Virus record (IMG/VR): IMGVR_UViG_3300025635_000063
Location: 1 to 39,162 of that record
Direction: 5' to 3' (one strand)
DNA: 39,162 nucleotides
Origin: a virus
Taxonomy: Duplodnaviria > Caudoviricetes
Below are positions 9,098-18,150 of the stretch, piece by piece; position 1 is the stretch's first letter, and every line of letters starts with the position of its first letter. The notes under the pieces are model-generated. The model saw only the letters and a list, made by a program, of their open reading frames with translations. It ran no database searches and was not told the origin of the DNA. Made by a program: the position numbers and the translations under genes.

Positions 9098-9632
9098 ATG
9101 CACTCTCCTGGGCTAATCGGATACGGGTGATACTCGTAATGGCAGCGGCGGTATCGGCAGCATTGCGGTAGATCCACCCTTTGACCGTCTCATTCTTAAT
9201 CTCGGCAATCTGTCTCAACACCTCCGCCCCATGCTGCCCATCATGTTCGGCGTGGAATCGCACACAGGGGAGCGGGCCTACAATGGCCTCCATTGCATCA
9301 ACTTGAGCAGTCGTAAACGTGCGGCATTCCAAGACCGCGCAATAGCCGAGGAGCACGCGGGGGTCGAGGTGTTGGATGAAGTAGTATTGAGCACCGGCAA
9401 TGGCGGCGGCGGTGAAGTCATACGGGATCGTTTCGATGCCAAGCGCGGCGAGGTCTTGCTTGAGCCAGTCGGCGTGTCCTTTTTCCTCATCGCGTTTCTC
9501 CTCCATGCCCGCCAGGTCCAGCAGCGGATCGGTTGCCACCATGAGCGAATGGCAGAATTGTAAATGCCGCACCAGTTGCGCTTTCGTCTGAATCGGGGGG
9601 AGCGGATACTGTGCGAGAATGTCGTGAATCAT
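8940..9632 (-). CDS. Heme-oxygenase-like diiron enzyme (iron-containing redox enzyme family)
   Basis: Motifs DEEKGHADWLKQDLAALG, IAGAQYY...LLGYCAVLE and RFHAEHDGQH match the E/H/D metal-ligand spacing of HO-like diiron oxidases (PqqC/CADD/TenA fold). Confidence 0.7.
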   Translation of the reverse strand: MIHDILAQYPLPPIQTKAQLVRHLQFCHSLMVATDPLLDLAGMEEKRDEEKGHADWLKQDLAALGIETIPYDFTAAAIAGAQYYFIQHLDPRVLLGYCAVLECRTFTTAQVDAMEAIVGPLPCVRFHAEHDGQHGAEVLRQIAEIKNETVKGWIYRNAADTAAAITSITRIRLAQESAYDRPTDCHDQPGDADARTRTSADGDGPTPTYCDGDADATRYAAPRYGHIGRA

Positions 9633-10654
9633 CAGAACATCATCGCTCCGGCCATCAAGGCGGTCCCGCCAAGCCCTACTAGCCCTGCCGTGTTCGCGCT
9701 ATTTCTGGCCTGATTCGCGTTATAGACATCGGTCCCGTACTGTCCGGCCTGTTGTGCCGCGTTATAGACCGGCGCGGCTTGGACGCTGGCGTTCTGTGCG
9801 TACCCTGGCATCTGGAACGGGTTGCTCGTTTGTGAGCCGGACATGAGCGCGGTGATTTCATTCAGCGGCACCTGACGCTGCGCGAGGAGTTCAGAGAGGC
9901 CCTGTTGACGGCTCTGCATGTCCATCCCGTAGGCTTGCTGCGTCTGATTGCCTGCGTTGATAATGGCTTGCTGTTGCGCATCGTTCTGCTGCCGGTTAAT
10001 CAGGTTCATCTGCGCGTCATACGCCTTGGTGCCTGGCCTGATACCCGCTGCAATGAGGTCTGAGTTCGTGTTGTCGCGCTTGATGCCGAGATCCTCGTTC
10101 GGGCGGGCCATCATCGCGTCATAGACTTGATTGCGGAGGCTGTTGTAGTCCCCAGGCGCGGCAGGCGCACCGGAGTAATCGACCTTGCTACCGATGATGC
10201 CTTGCGCGGCACCAATGCCTTGATTGGCGAGTGACCCCAGCCCTTGCTGATTGCCGACTTGCTGGTTGTAGAGGGCTTGCTGTTCAGGGGAGAGTTTCTG
10301 AATAATCGTAGCTTGGTTCGGGTCGCTATACGTACTGCGATCAGGTGGGGCCAGGGCGTTCAACGTATTGAGCTGTTGCGCTCTGGCGTCAAGCTGCGCC
10401 TGTGACCAGCCGTTCGTATCTTGCGATTTGAGCGAGTTGATCTGCGCTTGATTGGTGTTATAGGCCGCCAGGTCTTGATTGTACTGATCCTCGTTAAACT
10501 TCCCCCATTGCGTTGTCTGCGTGCCGTAGGGGCTGATGACGTTCGGGTTATTGATCTGCCCCTGTACCTTCGCCGTTTCGACGTTCGCGGCGCCTTGAGC
10601 CTGCGCTGCGCCCACGTAATCCGGTGCCGGAGGAGGACTACCGCCCTTTGACAT
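9632..10654 (-). CDS. DNA ejection/pilot protein (P22 gp7-like position)
   Basis: MSKGGSPPPAPDYVGAAQAQG start, Gln/Asn/Ala-rich, C-terminal hydrophobic GLVGLGGTALMAG. Confidence 0.6.
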   Translation of the reverse strand: MSKGGSPPPAPDYVGAAQAQGAANVETAKVQGQINNPNVISPYGTQTTQWGKFNEDQYNQDLAAYNTNQAQINSLKSQDTNGWSQAQLDARAQQLNTLNALAPPDRSTYSDPNQATIIQKLSPEQQALYNQQVGNQQGLGSLANQGIGAAQGIIGSKVDYSGAPAAPGDYNSLRNQVYDAMMARPNEDLGIKRDNTNSDLIAAGIRPGTKAYDAQMNLINRQQNDAQQQAIINAGNQTQQAYGMDMQSRQQGLSELLAQRQVPLNEITALMSGSQTSNPFQMPGYAQNASVQAAPVYNAAQQAGQYGTDVYNANQARNSANTAGLVGLGGTALMAGAMMF

Positions 10655-11081
10655 AATAGCTCCTCTTCAAGAATCGGCAGGCGTCTTTCTGCATCGTGTA
10701 GAGCAGCATCGCCCCTGACGGATCGGCCTGCGGGATCTGCGTCACTAGGGAGAACCCTAGCCGCTCGCACAAATGACGCGACTTGACGTTCCCTTCAGCC
10801 ACCAGGCCGAGAATGACGTTCACGCCGAGATGCACAAAGGGATAGTGGAAGATCGCCCACAACCAGCGGCGAGTGATGGGGCCAGCTATGGCGATGCTCG
10901 CCATGATGGAAGCCCCGTTGTAGTAATCGTAGAGTGTACCGGCCACGAGTTCGCCATCACGTTCCAGGCCGATGCACGTAGCCCGATCCCGTGACGCAAT
11001 CGCGCCGTGCTCTTGCATCCAAGAGCCGACCCGATGGGTATCTGTGGTGATGTGGTAGTCTGTGGGGCAACTCACCGGCAT
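10638..11081 (-). CDS. GNAT-family acetyltransferase (phage virion module)
   Basis: IGLERDGELVAG...FHYPF...VAEGNVKSRHLCERLGF GNAT motif B; typical position after the podophage nozzle gene. Confidence 0.8.
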   Translation of the reverse strand: MPVSCPTDYHITTDTHRVGSWMQEHGAIASRDRATCIGLERDGELVAGTLYDYYNGASIMASIAIAGPITRRWLWAIFHYPFVHLGVNVILGLVAEGNVKSRHLCERLGFSLVTQIPQADPSGAMLLYTMQKDACRFLKRSYYVKGR

Positions 11082-11137
11082 TGGATCATCCTTGTAAGAC
11101 GTTCCGCTGTCGGCGGTATGACAAATGCGATGCGGTA

Positions 11138-11166
11138 AGAATGCAGAAAGACCGCTAGAAAGTCAA
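11138..11166 (-). promoter_or_regulatory. Putative sigma70-type promoter internal to the late operon
   Basis: Minus strand TTGACT-17 bp-CATTCT in the intergenic gap upstream of the GNAT gene; resembles TTGACT-17-CATTGT at 27629. Confidence 0.5.
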
Positions 11167-11169
11167 GGT

Positions 11170-12738
11170 CTAAATCCCTTGCCCGGGTTCATACATCATA
11201 GACGCGCCCATCCATTGCACCGTGAGCACGTTCGACGTGATCTTGACCTTGCCTGAGATCCATCGCCCTTGCCATTCTGACGGCGAGGACCATTGCCGGA
11301 CGATCTCAGAGGATGCCGCCCAGTATCCGCTATCCCAGAGCGAGGTATCCCATACGGCCCCTGCGGTCGTCACATACGTCACCGTCCCGCTGATCGGTTC
11401 GTCCTTAAAGTCTACGTCAATGTCTGCGCCGTAGGCGACTGATCCATCCACCACCAGGAACGGCATGAACAGTTTGACATGCTTCTGGCGCGAGTCGCCA
11501 AAGTCTTGAAAGGCTTGTTTGGCGTAGAAGTCAATCGCGTTGCCGTTGTCTGCCGTACCGGTCCAGGCTTTATAGACCGTCGTGCCTTTGCAGAAATACA
11601 GCTCTCCGCTCAGAATGCCGAAGTCCTCCGCATTCCAGCCGGTGAAGCGGCACCAGGACTTCGTAATCGTATTCATCACGTATTGCTGATGGGTGCCGTC
11701 CTCAGACTGCGGGATGTTGACCAACAGCGCGTCATACTTCGGGAAGGCAATGGCTCGCCAGCCGTAGACCGTGCCATAGAGCCGTGCGGCTGCGGTAAAG
11801 GCGTCTTGGATCTTGTAGGAGAGTGCAAACTTGTTGCGGTCGTCGCCGCTTTGCAGTAAGGCCGTGAGCGGGAACGTCCCGTTTTCCGTAATGACCACGC
11901 AATCGCCGCCGTACTGAATCACACAGCGCCGACCCAGTGGCCGTCCAATGGTATAGCTGCCCACCTTACCCCAGGTCGTCGCGCTCGAGGGGTTGGTGCC
12001 TTGATAGACGGCTACTTCACCCTCAGAGGAGAGAAATACGGCAAAGTCATCAGGGCCGCTCCCAGCGTCCCGCGTCCAGGTTGCCATCGCCATGAGATAG
12101 CCACCACTCTTGAACTCGCCGGACAGGTCGTATTCAGTCAACGCCCCCCCTGCGGCCCCTGCGGCGAGATACCAGAACGAAAGCGATTGTTTCGGGATGA
12201 AGAACAGTCGGCCCTTAAAGACGTTGACCCCGATGAAGTCCTCGACCGCGTTGCCGGTATAGCCGGTCAGGGCGGGGGAGGTCGCGTGCGTCACCGCCGT
12301 CCATGCCGATCCGTCGTAATACGCGGGCTTATCGACCCCATTCACCGCAATCAGCCAGTTGCTTGTGCCGTCGCCAAAGCGTTCATGCTGGTGCTTGCCG
12401 TTGGTGCGGACCAGCACAGCAGCCCCTACAGCCCCCGCTGTGGTCACTTCGTAGACCCCCGAAGAAGTTGAGCAATACAGCTCATTCGTGCCGGTCAGCG
12501 TGTTGTAGGGCATCAGCGTCTTGCCGTTGCCCGTCATGCCGGTAGCGTGAGAGGCATGGCCCCCTCGAAACTCCACATAGGAGGGGCGGGGATACCAGTT
12601 CTGCAACTCAATGGCGTCCGTGGGTTTCATGGAAGCGAGGGCGTCACGCGCATTCCAGCCCCCCACCGGCGCAGCGTAGGACTTCATTATGGAGACTTGC
12701 TGTTGCGGGGCACCTTTAGCACGTAATGGCATTCTCAT
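11170..12738 (-). CDS. Tail nozzle / DNA-stabilization protein (tail tubular B, P22 gp10-like)
   Basis: About 522 aa from ATG 12738; APVGGWNARD...NWYP start and beta-propeller-like repeats; synteny. Confidence 0.7.
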   Translation of the reverse strand: MRMPLRAKGAPQQQVSIMKSYAAPVGGWNARDALASMKPTDAIELQNWYPRPSYVEFRGGHASHATGMTGNGKTLMPYNTLTGTNELYCSTSSGVYEVTTAGAVGAAVLVRTNGKHQHERFGDGTSNWLIAVNGVDKPAYYDGSAWTAVTHATSPALTGYTGNAVEDFIGVNVFKGRLFFIPKQSLSFWYLAAGAAGGALTEYDLSGEFKSGGYLMAMATWTRDAGSGPDDFAVFLSSEGEVAVYQGTNPSSATTWGKVGSYTIGRPLGRRCVIQYGGDCVVITENGTFPLTALLQSGDDRNKFALSYKIQDAFTAAARLYGTVYGWRAIAFPKYDALLVNIPQSEDGTHQQYVMNTITKSWCRFTGWNAEDFGILSGELYFCKGTTVYKAWTGTADNGNAIDFYAKQAFQDFGDSRQKHVKLFMPFLVVDGSVAYGADIDVDFKDEPISGTVTYVTTAGAVWDTSLWDSGYWAASSEIVRQWSSPSEWQGRWISGKVKITSNVLTVQWMGASMMYEPGQGI

Positions 12739-12748
12739 GGTGATGTGC

Positions 12749-13555
12749 TCATGTGTAGAAGTTAGGGGCTTTTTGCTTCGTCCCGATGTTCGTGCTTTGA
12801 TAATGAATATCGGCCTCAAGGAGAAAGGGCGCAGGCACGCTCCCGCTTGCGACCGTAATGTTATTAGCCGACAGATAGAGCCGCATGGAGAGCAGGCCGT
12901 CCACCTCCAGATCATCCGTGTCGATCTGCGAGGCAGTCGGCGTGCCCGCCGATAATTGCCCCTCGGCAATGTGATGCCATCGGGTTGTCGTTGAGCAATT
13001 TTGCTGAACTGTCATCGTGATGGGGGTTGCAAACGCCGCTTGCTGATGCCCTTTCGCATACGTGACCTCTGCTCCCCATGTCACCGACCCGCCCGTGACG
13101 GTCCCCGATGCCGCGCCTGCTTTCGTCGTGGCATTTTGCACCCAATGGAAATGGAGAAAGAGGTCGGTTCCCAGCGCATAGTCATGCGGCATGTGAAAGA
13201 GCAGGAACACTTCATCATTCACGGCGAATTGAAACTCTCGCACCCCACCAATGAACGCATTGAAGGCAGGTATGGTCCCGCCAGCCCCACGAATCGTAAT
13301 GGCCCCAAGCATGTCGTGCCACGGATACGTCGGGGCATCCAGGTCCACCTTGATACCTTGGGCGCTGGTCTTACCAATCACCGCCGTCAACGCTCTCGAC
13401 GTTGTGAGGAGATCCCCGATTTCCCGTACTGCGGGTACGTCGTCAAGATAATACCCGCGACCGTCAGATGACGTATCAATGACAATCGGCGTTCCGCCGG
13501 TCGAGGCGAAATCCGCCGCTATCGGGACGCTCTCCTTATGGCGAATCTCGGTCAT
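12749..13555 (-). CDS. Putative virion structural protein (beta-rich)
   Basis: ATGA overlap with the upstream stop; lies between the adaptor and nozzle genes. Confidence 0.55.
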   Translation of the reverse strand: MTEIRHKESVPIAADFASTGGTPIVIDTSSDGRGYYLDDVPAVREIGDLLTTSRALTAVIGKTSAQGIKVDLDAPTYPWHDMLGAITIRGAGGTIPAFNAFIGGVREFQFAVNDEVFLLFHMPHDYALGTDLFLHFHWVQNATTKAGAASGTVTGGSVTWGAEVTYAKGHQQAAFATPITMTVQQNCSTTTRWHHIAEGQLSAGTPTASQIDTDDLEVDGLLSMRLYLSANNITVASGSVPAPFLLEADIHYQSTNIGTKQKAPNFYT

Positions 13556-14262
13556 AGGCTCCAAGACTGATCGGGTACAAACACCCCAGGACTGGGCTTG
13601 CGAATGCTGCCGTCCATGCTCAATGTCACCTTGCCACCATCGCGGCCTAGCGCGTCCTTCACCTGCATTTCGTAGGTGCGGAAGTCCTCGGCATAGTCAA
13701 AGCCCTTTTCCTTCTTCCAGCGCCACCTGAGGCCCATAATGACGAGTTCTTCGGGCAGTAAGATCGTGTCAGTGTCTAGCGTGAAGTACTGCTTGTAGGT
13801 GGTGCCGTCGATACCAAGAATCCAGTACTTGCTGATGTATTCAAAGACAAAACTCAGCGAGGCAGAGGGCACGGGGCTGATAAGCATTTTCCCACCACGA
13901 ATGCGCCAGGAGTAGCGCGGGCCGGTAATGGCAAGGGCTTGCCGTGCCTGCCATTCGCTATCAGACAATGGCCCAATGATGGGGAACTTACTCGTGCGGT
14001 CCCAAAAGGTGTCCTTCTTGATGTAGTCGAAGCCAGAGGCCGCTAACGTGGTGACGGCTCCTTGATCCTCTGCCGCCGTCGAACTCCATGAGGCTTCCTT
14101 CACGATGCCTTGCCACGGGCCGCGCTTGCGAAGGTCCTCGCCTTCTTCCTCCACCAGCCGCAAGAGTTGCAGCACTTGTGGATCTGAGGTGCCGAGGACC
14201 GAGGACGGCACCGTGACGCCGGTTCGTCCGGCCACGTATTGAATGACGGTAAGCAGTGACAT
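13552..14262 (-). CDS. Head-tail adaptor (tail tubular A-like)
   Basis: 236 aa, MSLLTVIQYVA...LPEELVIMGLRWRWKKEKGFDYAE; synteny before the nozzle gene. Confidence 0.65.
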   Translation of the reverse strand: MSLLTVIQYVAGRTGVTVPSSVLGTSDPQVLQLLRLVEEEGEDLRKRGPWQGIVKEASWSSTAAEDQGAVTTLAASGFDYIKKDTFWDRTSKFPIIGPLSDSEWQARQALAITGPRYSWRIRGGKMLISPVPSASLSFVFEYISKYWILGIDGTTYKQYFTLDTDTILLPEELVIMGLRWRWKKEKGFDYAEDFRTYEMQVKDALGRDGGKVTLSMDGSIRKPSPGVFVPDQSWSL

Positions 14263-14271
14263 GCGGCCCCC

Positions 14272-14946
14272 TTATTCGTCGATCAAATCGCTGGCTGAAA
14301 TGTCGTCCGATTTCTTGCGACCGCGTGCCGATGGCTTCTTCGCGTCCTTCATCTCCGCTTGCATCACCTCGATTTTCGCGGTGAGCGTGGTGACGGTGTT
14401 CAAGAGCTGCTCGTTCGTCCGTTGCAGCGCCGTCATGTCTTGCGTCAGTTTACCCTTATCCTGCGAGGCCGTCATCCAGTTTTTTGCCTTGTTCTTGAGT
14501 TCAATCGCGCCCATGCCGATCTTGCGCAAGCCTTCGTCGTTGAGATCGGACAAGTCCTCAACGGTCCTGATCCCCACCCGCAGAAGAATCTCGACCTGTG
14601 CGGGGCTAATGACAGGCCATGACTTGATGGGCGTACCGTGGACCGGCATCTCCTGCCCGGCCTTCCAGCGTTTGTAGCTTTCCTCGTAGGCGTTCGCATG
14701 GGAGGCGTCGAGCCGTCCCGCCTGTACGTCCAGCTTGTTCTGTGCCAGCCATTGTTCCACCTTAAAGACGACGGAATCGGTAGCCCCAAGCTGCCGGACT
14801 GTGACCATATCCACATCCCGCGCCACATAGCGCCCCGCTTCTTCACTTTCCTTCTTCTGTTCCTTCGCAATCGTCTGAAAGCTCACAAAAGCGGGCTTGC
14901 CGTTCTTCGTGCTTAACTCTCCGGCTATGTCTGCGATACCGTTCAT
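14272..14946 (-). CDS. Phage protein with HhH-like segment and C-terminal coiled coil
   Basis: GTPIKSWP...GIRTVEDLSDLNDEGLRKIGMG; ATGA-coupled to the upstream gene. Confidence 0.5.
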   Translation of the reverse strand: MNGIADIAGELSTKNGKPAFVSFQTIAKEQKKESEEAGRYVARDVDMVTVRQLGATDSVVFKVEQWLAQNKLDVQAGRLDASHANAYEESYKRWKAGQEMPVHGTPIKSWPVISPAQVEILLRVGIRTVEDLSDLNDEGLRKIGMGAIELKNKAKNWMTASQDKGKLTQDMTALQRTNEQLLNTVTTLTAKIEVMQAEMKDAKKPSARGRKKSDDISASDLIDE

Positions 14947-16043
14947 ACTGCAACCTCCTCAGCAAAAGGGACGATAAAGTTCAAATTGGGGAACTGGGCA
15001 CGGATTTCTCGCTCAAAGTTCCACGCCGTCAGAATCACGCCCGCTGGTGGACGTTCCTTGAGCATCTGCATCGACGCAATCGGGATCTTCGTGCCAGGGA
15101 TAAACCGGCCCTGCTTGGCAGGGGTGTTGTCTACGCAGTAGTCGATCACCTTGGCGAGTCCAAAGTGATGAATCAAGGTGGTCGCCTTGGCCGTAGCCCC
15201 AAAGCAGGCCAGCGTGCCGTCTACGTCGAACACTTGCCGCTGGATCACGCGCTTGGCTTGATAGATGCGCTCCTGAAACGCTCGCCAGTCTAGCGGCTCT
15301 TCCGGCAGGACCATCCCCACCCCAGGCCGTTCGCAATAGACGCGAATGGAGCCGCCATGCGTCCCTAGAAACTCATAATTCGTGATGACCAGGCCATACC
15401 GCTTCAGGAACGGCACCCACGGCTTGAGGGTGTGATAGTCACGATGCTCGTGGTAGATCATGTCGAAGGCCCCCATGTGCATCATGGCGGGCAGGTATTG
15501 CACTTCAAAGACCAGTACGCTGTCATCGTGCATCAGCCGGTCAATGCCGGAGAACACATCGCGTAAATCGTCCACATGGGCCAATACGTTGTTGGCAACG
15601 ATCAAATCGACGGGCGGCAAGGTCATGGCGAGGGCATGGGAGAACGGGGCTTTCACGCCCACCGTGGCGCAAGGGTCCACGCCGTAGGCATTGATCCCCA
15701 CCCGCTGCAATTCTTCCAGATAGAGGCCGTTATTGCTGCCGATTTCGAGGCCGGTCTTGAGCGACGGATAGCGGTTGTGAATCCGTTGCGCGGCGTCAGC
15801 CAAGTGTGGCCGGTTCGCTTCGGGCGTGCTGTACTTGTAATCCACCCAATCCACCGTCACCTTTTCGCGTAACTGCACATGGCCGCATCGCAAGCACTCC
15901 TGCACATCCAGCGGCAACCGTTCGGCGTGGGTATCTGGTTCAGCGGGAAAGCTGTTCGCAATCGGGGTGGGTGTCAGCGAGAGCATGACGCGGGATTCCC
16001 CAGCGCACATGCGACAGGCCCATTCAGAGTAGTGTGCGCCCAT
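14943..16043 (-). CDS. NDP-sugar C-methyltransferase (TcaB9/EryBIII/NovU-type)
   Basis: Zn ligands CRMC...CLRC-GHVQL, SAM motif LEIGSNNG, NNVLAHV, DMIYHEHRDY, THGGSIRV, FGATAKATT, VDNTPAKQG, LTAWNF. Confidence 0.9.
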   Translation of the reverse strand: MGAHYSEWACRMCAGESRVMLSLTPTPIANSFPAEPDTHAERLPLDVQECLRCGHVQLREKVTVDWVDYKYSTPEANRPHLADAAQRIHNRYPSLKTGLEIGSNNGLYLEELQRVGINAYGVDPCATVGVKAPFSHALAMTLPPVDLIVANNVLAHVDDLRDVFSGIDRLMHDDSVLVFEVQYLPAMMHMGAFDMIYHEHRDYHTLKPWVPFLKRYGLVITNYEFLGTHGGSIRVYCERPGVGMVLPEEPLDWRAFQERIYQAKRVIQRQVFDVDGTLACFGATAKATTLIHHFGLAKVIDYCVDNTPAKQGRFIPGTKIPIASMQMLKERPPAGVILTAWNFEREIRAQFPNLNFIVPFAEEVAV

Positions 16044-16519
16044 TATGGCTTGACCCCCTCAATCCGCATATCCCGTGCGGCGATATGAAAGACCGGCTCC
16101 ATCACCGTGACAGACTGATAGCCCACGCTATTGAGGGCTTCCGTCAGTTCGTCCTGTGACCAGCACCATTGATGCATCATGTCAGGCTTGCCGTCGCGGG
16201 GATCACCAAAGATCCCAAACAAGGTGAGCCGCAGATTCTTTTCGCCGTTGACGATCATGCGGGCAATCTTGTCGAGGCAGGGCAGCTCTAACACCAGCTT
16301 CCCCCCAGGCTTGAGCACGCGAAACCACTCAGTCAGCACTTGCGAGGCGTCTTTACGATGCAAATGCTCAAGTAAGTGAATCGCCCACAGTTCGTCGGCG
16401 TGATCCGTTGGGAAGGGCAGGGGGAAGGCATCGCTGTTGATGTCCTGGTTGCCGTGGCGGTCGATATTGACGAATCCAGGCAGGTATTTATCCCCCGCGC
16501 CCACATTCAAACGAATCAT
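16043..16519 (-). CDS. Class I SAM-dependent methyltransferase
   Basis: RLNVGAGDKYLPGFVNID, HLLEHL, EWFRVLKPGGKL; type commonly linked to glycan loci. Confidence 0.85.
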   Translation of the reverse strand: MIRLNVGAGDKYLPGFVNIDRHGNQDINSDAFPLPFPTDHADELWAIHLLEHLHRKDASQVLTEWFRVLKPGGKLVLELPCLDKIARMIVNGEKNLRLTLFGIFGDPRDGKPDMMHQWCWSQDELTEALNSVGYQSVTVMEPVFHIAARDMRIEGVKP

Positions 16520-17364
16520 GCGGCCACCCGCTCAATCAGTTCGCGCCATTGCTGGCCGACGTTGGCCGGTGAGAACTTCTCAATGTAGGCTTGCCCTTCC
16601 GCCACCAAGTCGTTGAGATGATCTTTTTCCGACTGTGCCCACTTCAGGCCGGTGATGAAGTTGCCCACCCAGGCCACTTTCTTGAACTCAAAGAGCGAGG
16701 GGAGTTGATCGCCGCAGACCGGAAAGCATCCGGCGCGTAAGGCGTTGACCAGTCTATTAGGGCTTTTGTACTCGGTGCCTTTGCGCGTGGGAATCAGGAC
16801 AATGTGCGCCCGGTGGAGTTGTTCGGCCTGTGCGTCAGGCGTCCAGCGGATATAATCGGCCTTCCAGTGATGGTTTTCGCCAGTCACTACCGTAAGGTCC
16901 ATGTCCTTCAAATACGGCATCCACGGCGACAATTCTTTCAAGTTGATCTGATGCCCGTACCACAACAGCCGCTCGGCTCCGTTCGCGTGCGGGGTCGTCA
17001 AGGCTTCTTCATACGGGTCGGGGATGACCATATCGGCGTGCCGGTCAAAGTACTTGTAGAGCCGTCCTGACATATTGTCCGTCGGCGTGACAATGGCATC
17101 AGCCAGCCCCACCATCTCACGATAGACCGGACCCCACACAGGATGAGGGAACAAATCATCGCCTACGTCAAAGATGATCTTCAGCCCGTCCGCTTTCGAG
17201 TCTTTGGCAAGCTGAATGTCGTCAGGCGTCGGCTTGGAGAAGATCAAGACTTGCGCTTCGCCACCGTTCACCGTCCCGCCAATCGCCTCAGCAGGGATAG
17301 CAGCGCGATACCGATAACTCGCAAAGGTCGGCCCACTCCGATGCACAAAGACGGCTTTGGTCAT
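16516..17364 (-). CDS. GT-B fold glycosyltransferase (GT4-like)
   Basis: ASYRYR, IIFDVGDD, ADAIVTPT, VIPDPYE, LLWYG, KSPNRLVNALRAGCFPV. Confidence 0.75.
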   Translation of the reverse strand: MTKAVFVHRSGPTFASYRYRAAIPAEAIGGTVNGGEAQVLIFSKPTPDDIQLAKDSKADGLKIIFDVGDDLFPHPVWGPVYREMVGLADAIVTPTDNMSGRLYKYFDRHADMVIPDPYEEALTTPHANGAERLLWYGHQINLKELSPWMPYLKDMDLTVVTGENHHWKADYIRWTPDAQAEQLHRAHIVLIPTRKGTEYKSPNRLVNALRAGCFPVCGDQLPSLFEFKKVAWVGNFITGLKWAQSEKDHLNDLVAEGQAYIEKFSPANVGQQWRELIERVAA

Positions 17365-18149
17365 ACCCTCTTCCCCTGTTTCTTCCGTTCATCCAGAATC
17401 GCGGCAATCAGCCCGCCGCCTTTGGCTTCGATGTGTATATCAGGAAGGAGAGAGTACGTCACTAATTGAAATTCATTGGCCTGTGCCGCCATCGCCATAT
17501 TGCACTCAAACCGCTGTCCACCCACGTAGACATCCTGAGTCACTCCCGTGCGGGAGCCGTCAAAGCGTTTTGTCCCGTCTGCCGCATTACAAGAGTCATA
17601 CCCGTAGAGCACAAAGTTGCGGTAGCCCATGATATAGGCCAGGGCAATCGCCCGCAGCCCCGACGTAGACCCGCCTCCGCAGGCGTACTTGGTCGTGTCC
17701 TTGAACGCTTTCATCTCTTCGCTGGTGCCAAAGGCGTTCCAGAGCACCACATGGCAGTCGCTCAGATAGTCAAAGACTTCGACCGCGACACGCGAGGACA
17801 GCAGATAGAGGGTGTGCTGATTCTTCCGCTTGAGGTTCACACGGCGATCACGCGGTTCAACGGATACAAAGAGATCCGGTTCGATCCCTTGTTCGCAGAG
17901 ATAGTCATGCGCCCCTTTGACGGCGCAAATCGGGCGTCCTTTGGCGCGTTCCGCTTTGATCTGGTCGATGACGGTGGGGAGCGAAGGGCCACTCCCCACA
18001 CAGACCATCGTTCCGTCATGCGCGACAAGCGCAGGCACTAACTCCGGCAACCCACGAGCCAAATTCTTCTGGATCACCTCGATATGTTGCGAGGCATTGC
18101 CGAACTGGCTCACGTCGATGGTCAACGGTTTCAGGGTTGCCGTTGTCAT
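17361..18149 (-). CDS. DUF115/Maf (MptE-like, CstII/GT42-related) putative glycosyltransferase
   Basis: VCVGSGPSL, ICAVKGAHDYL...GIEPDL, GGGSTSGLRAIALAYIMGYRNFVLYGYDSC; ATG 18149 follows the upstream stop. Confidence 0.75.
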   Translation of the reverse strand: MTTATLKPLTIDVSQFGNASQHIEVIQKNLARGLPELVPALVAHDGTMVCVGSGPSLPTVIDQIKAERAKGRPICAVKGAHDYLCEQGIEPDLFVSVEPRDRRVNLKRKNQHTLYLLSSRVAVEVFDYLSDCHVVLWNAFGTSEEMKAFKDTTKYACGGGSTSGLRAIALAYIMGYRNFVLYGYDSCNAADGTKRFDGSRTGVTQDVYVGGQRFECNMAMAAQANEFQLVTYSLLPDIHIEAKGGGLIAAILDERKKQGKRV

Positions 18150-18150
18150 G

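Noticed and set aside
12739-12969. N-terminal extension of the 599-aa ORF
   Set aside because: Overlaps the upstream gene; ATG 12738 just after its stop is more plausible
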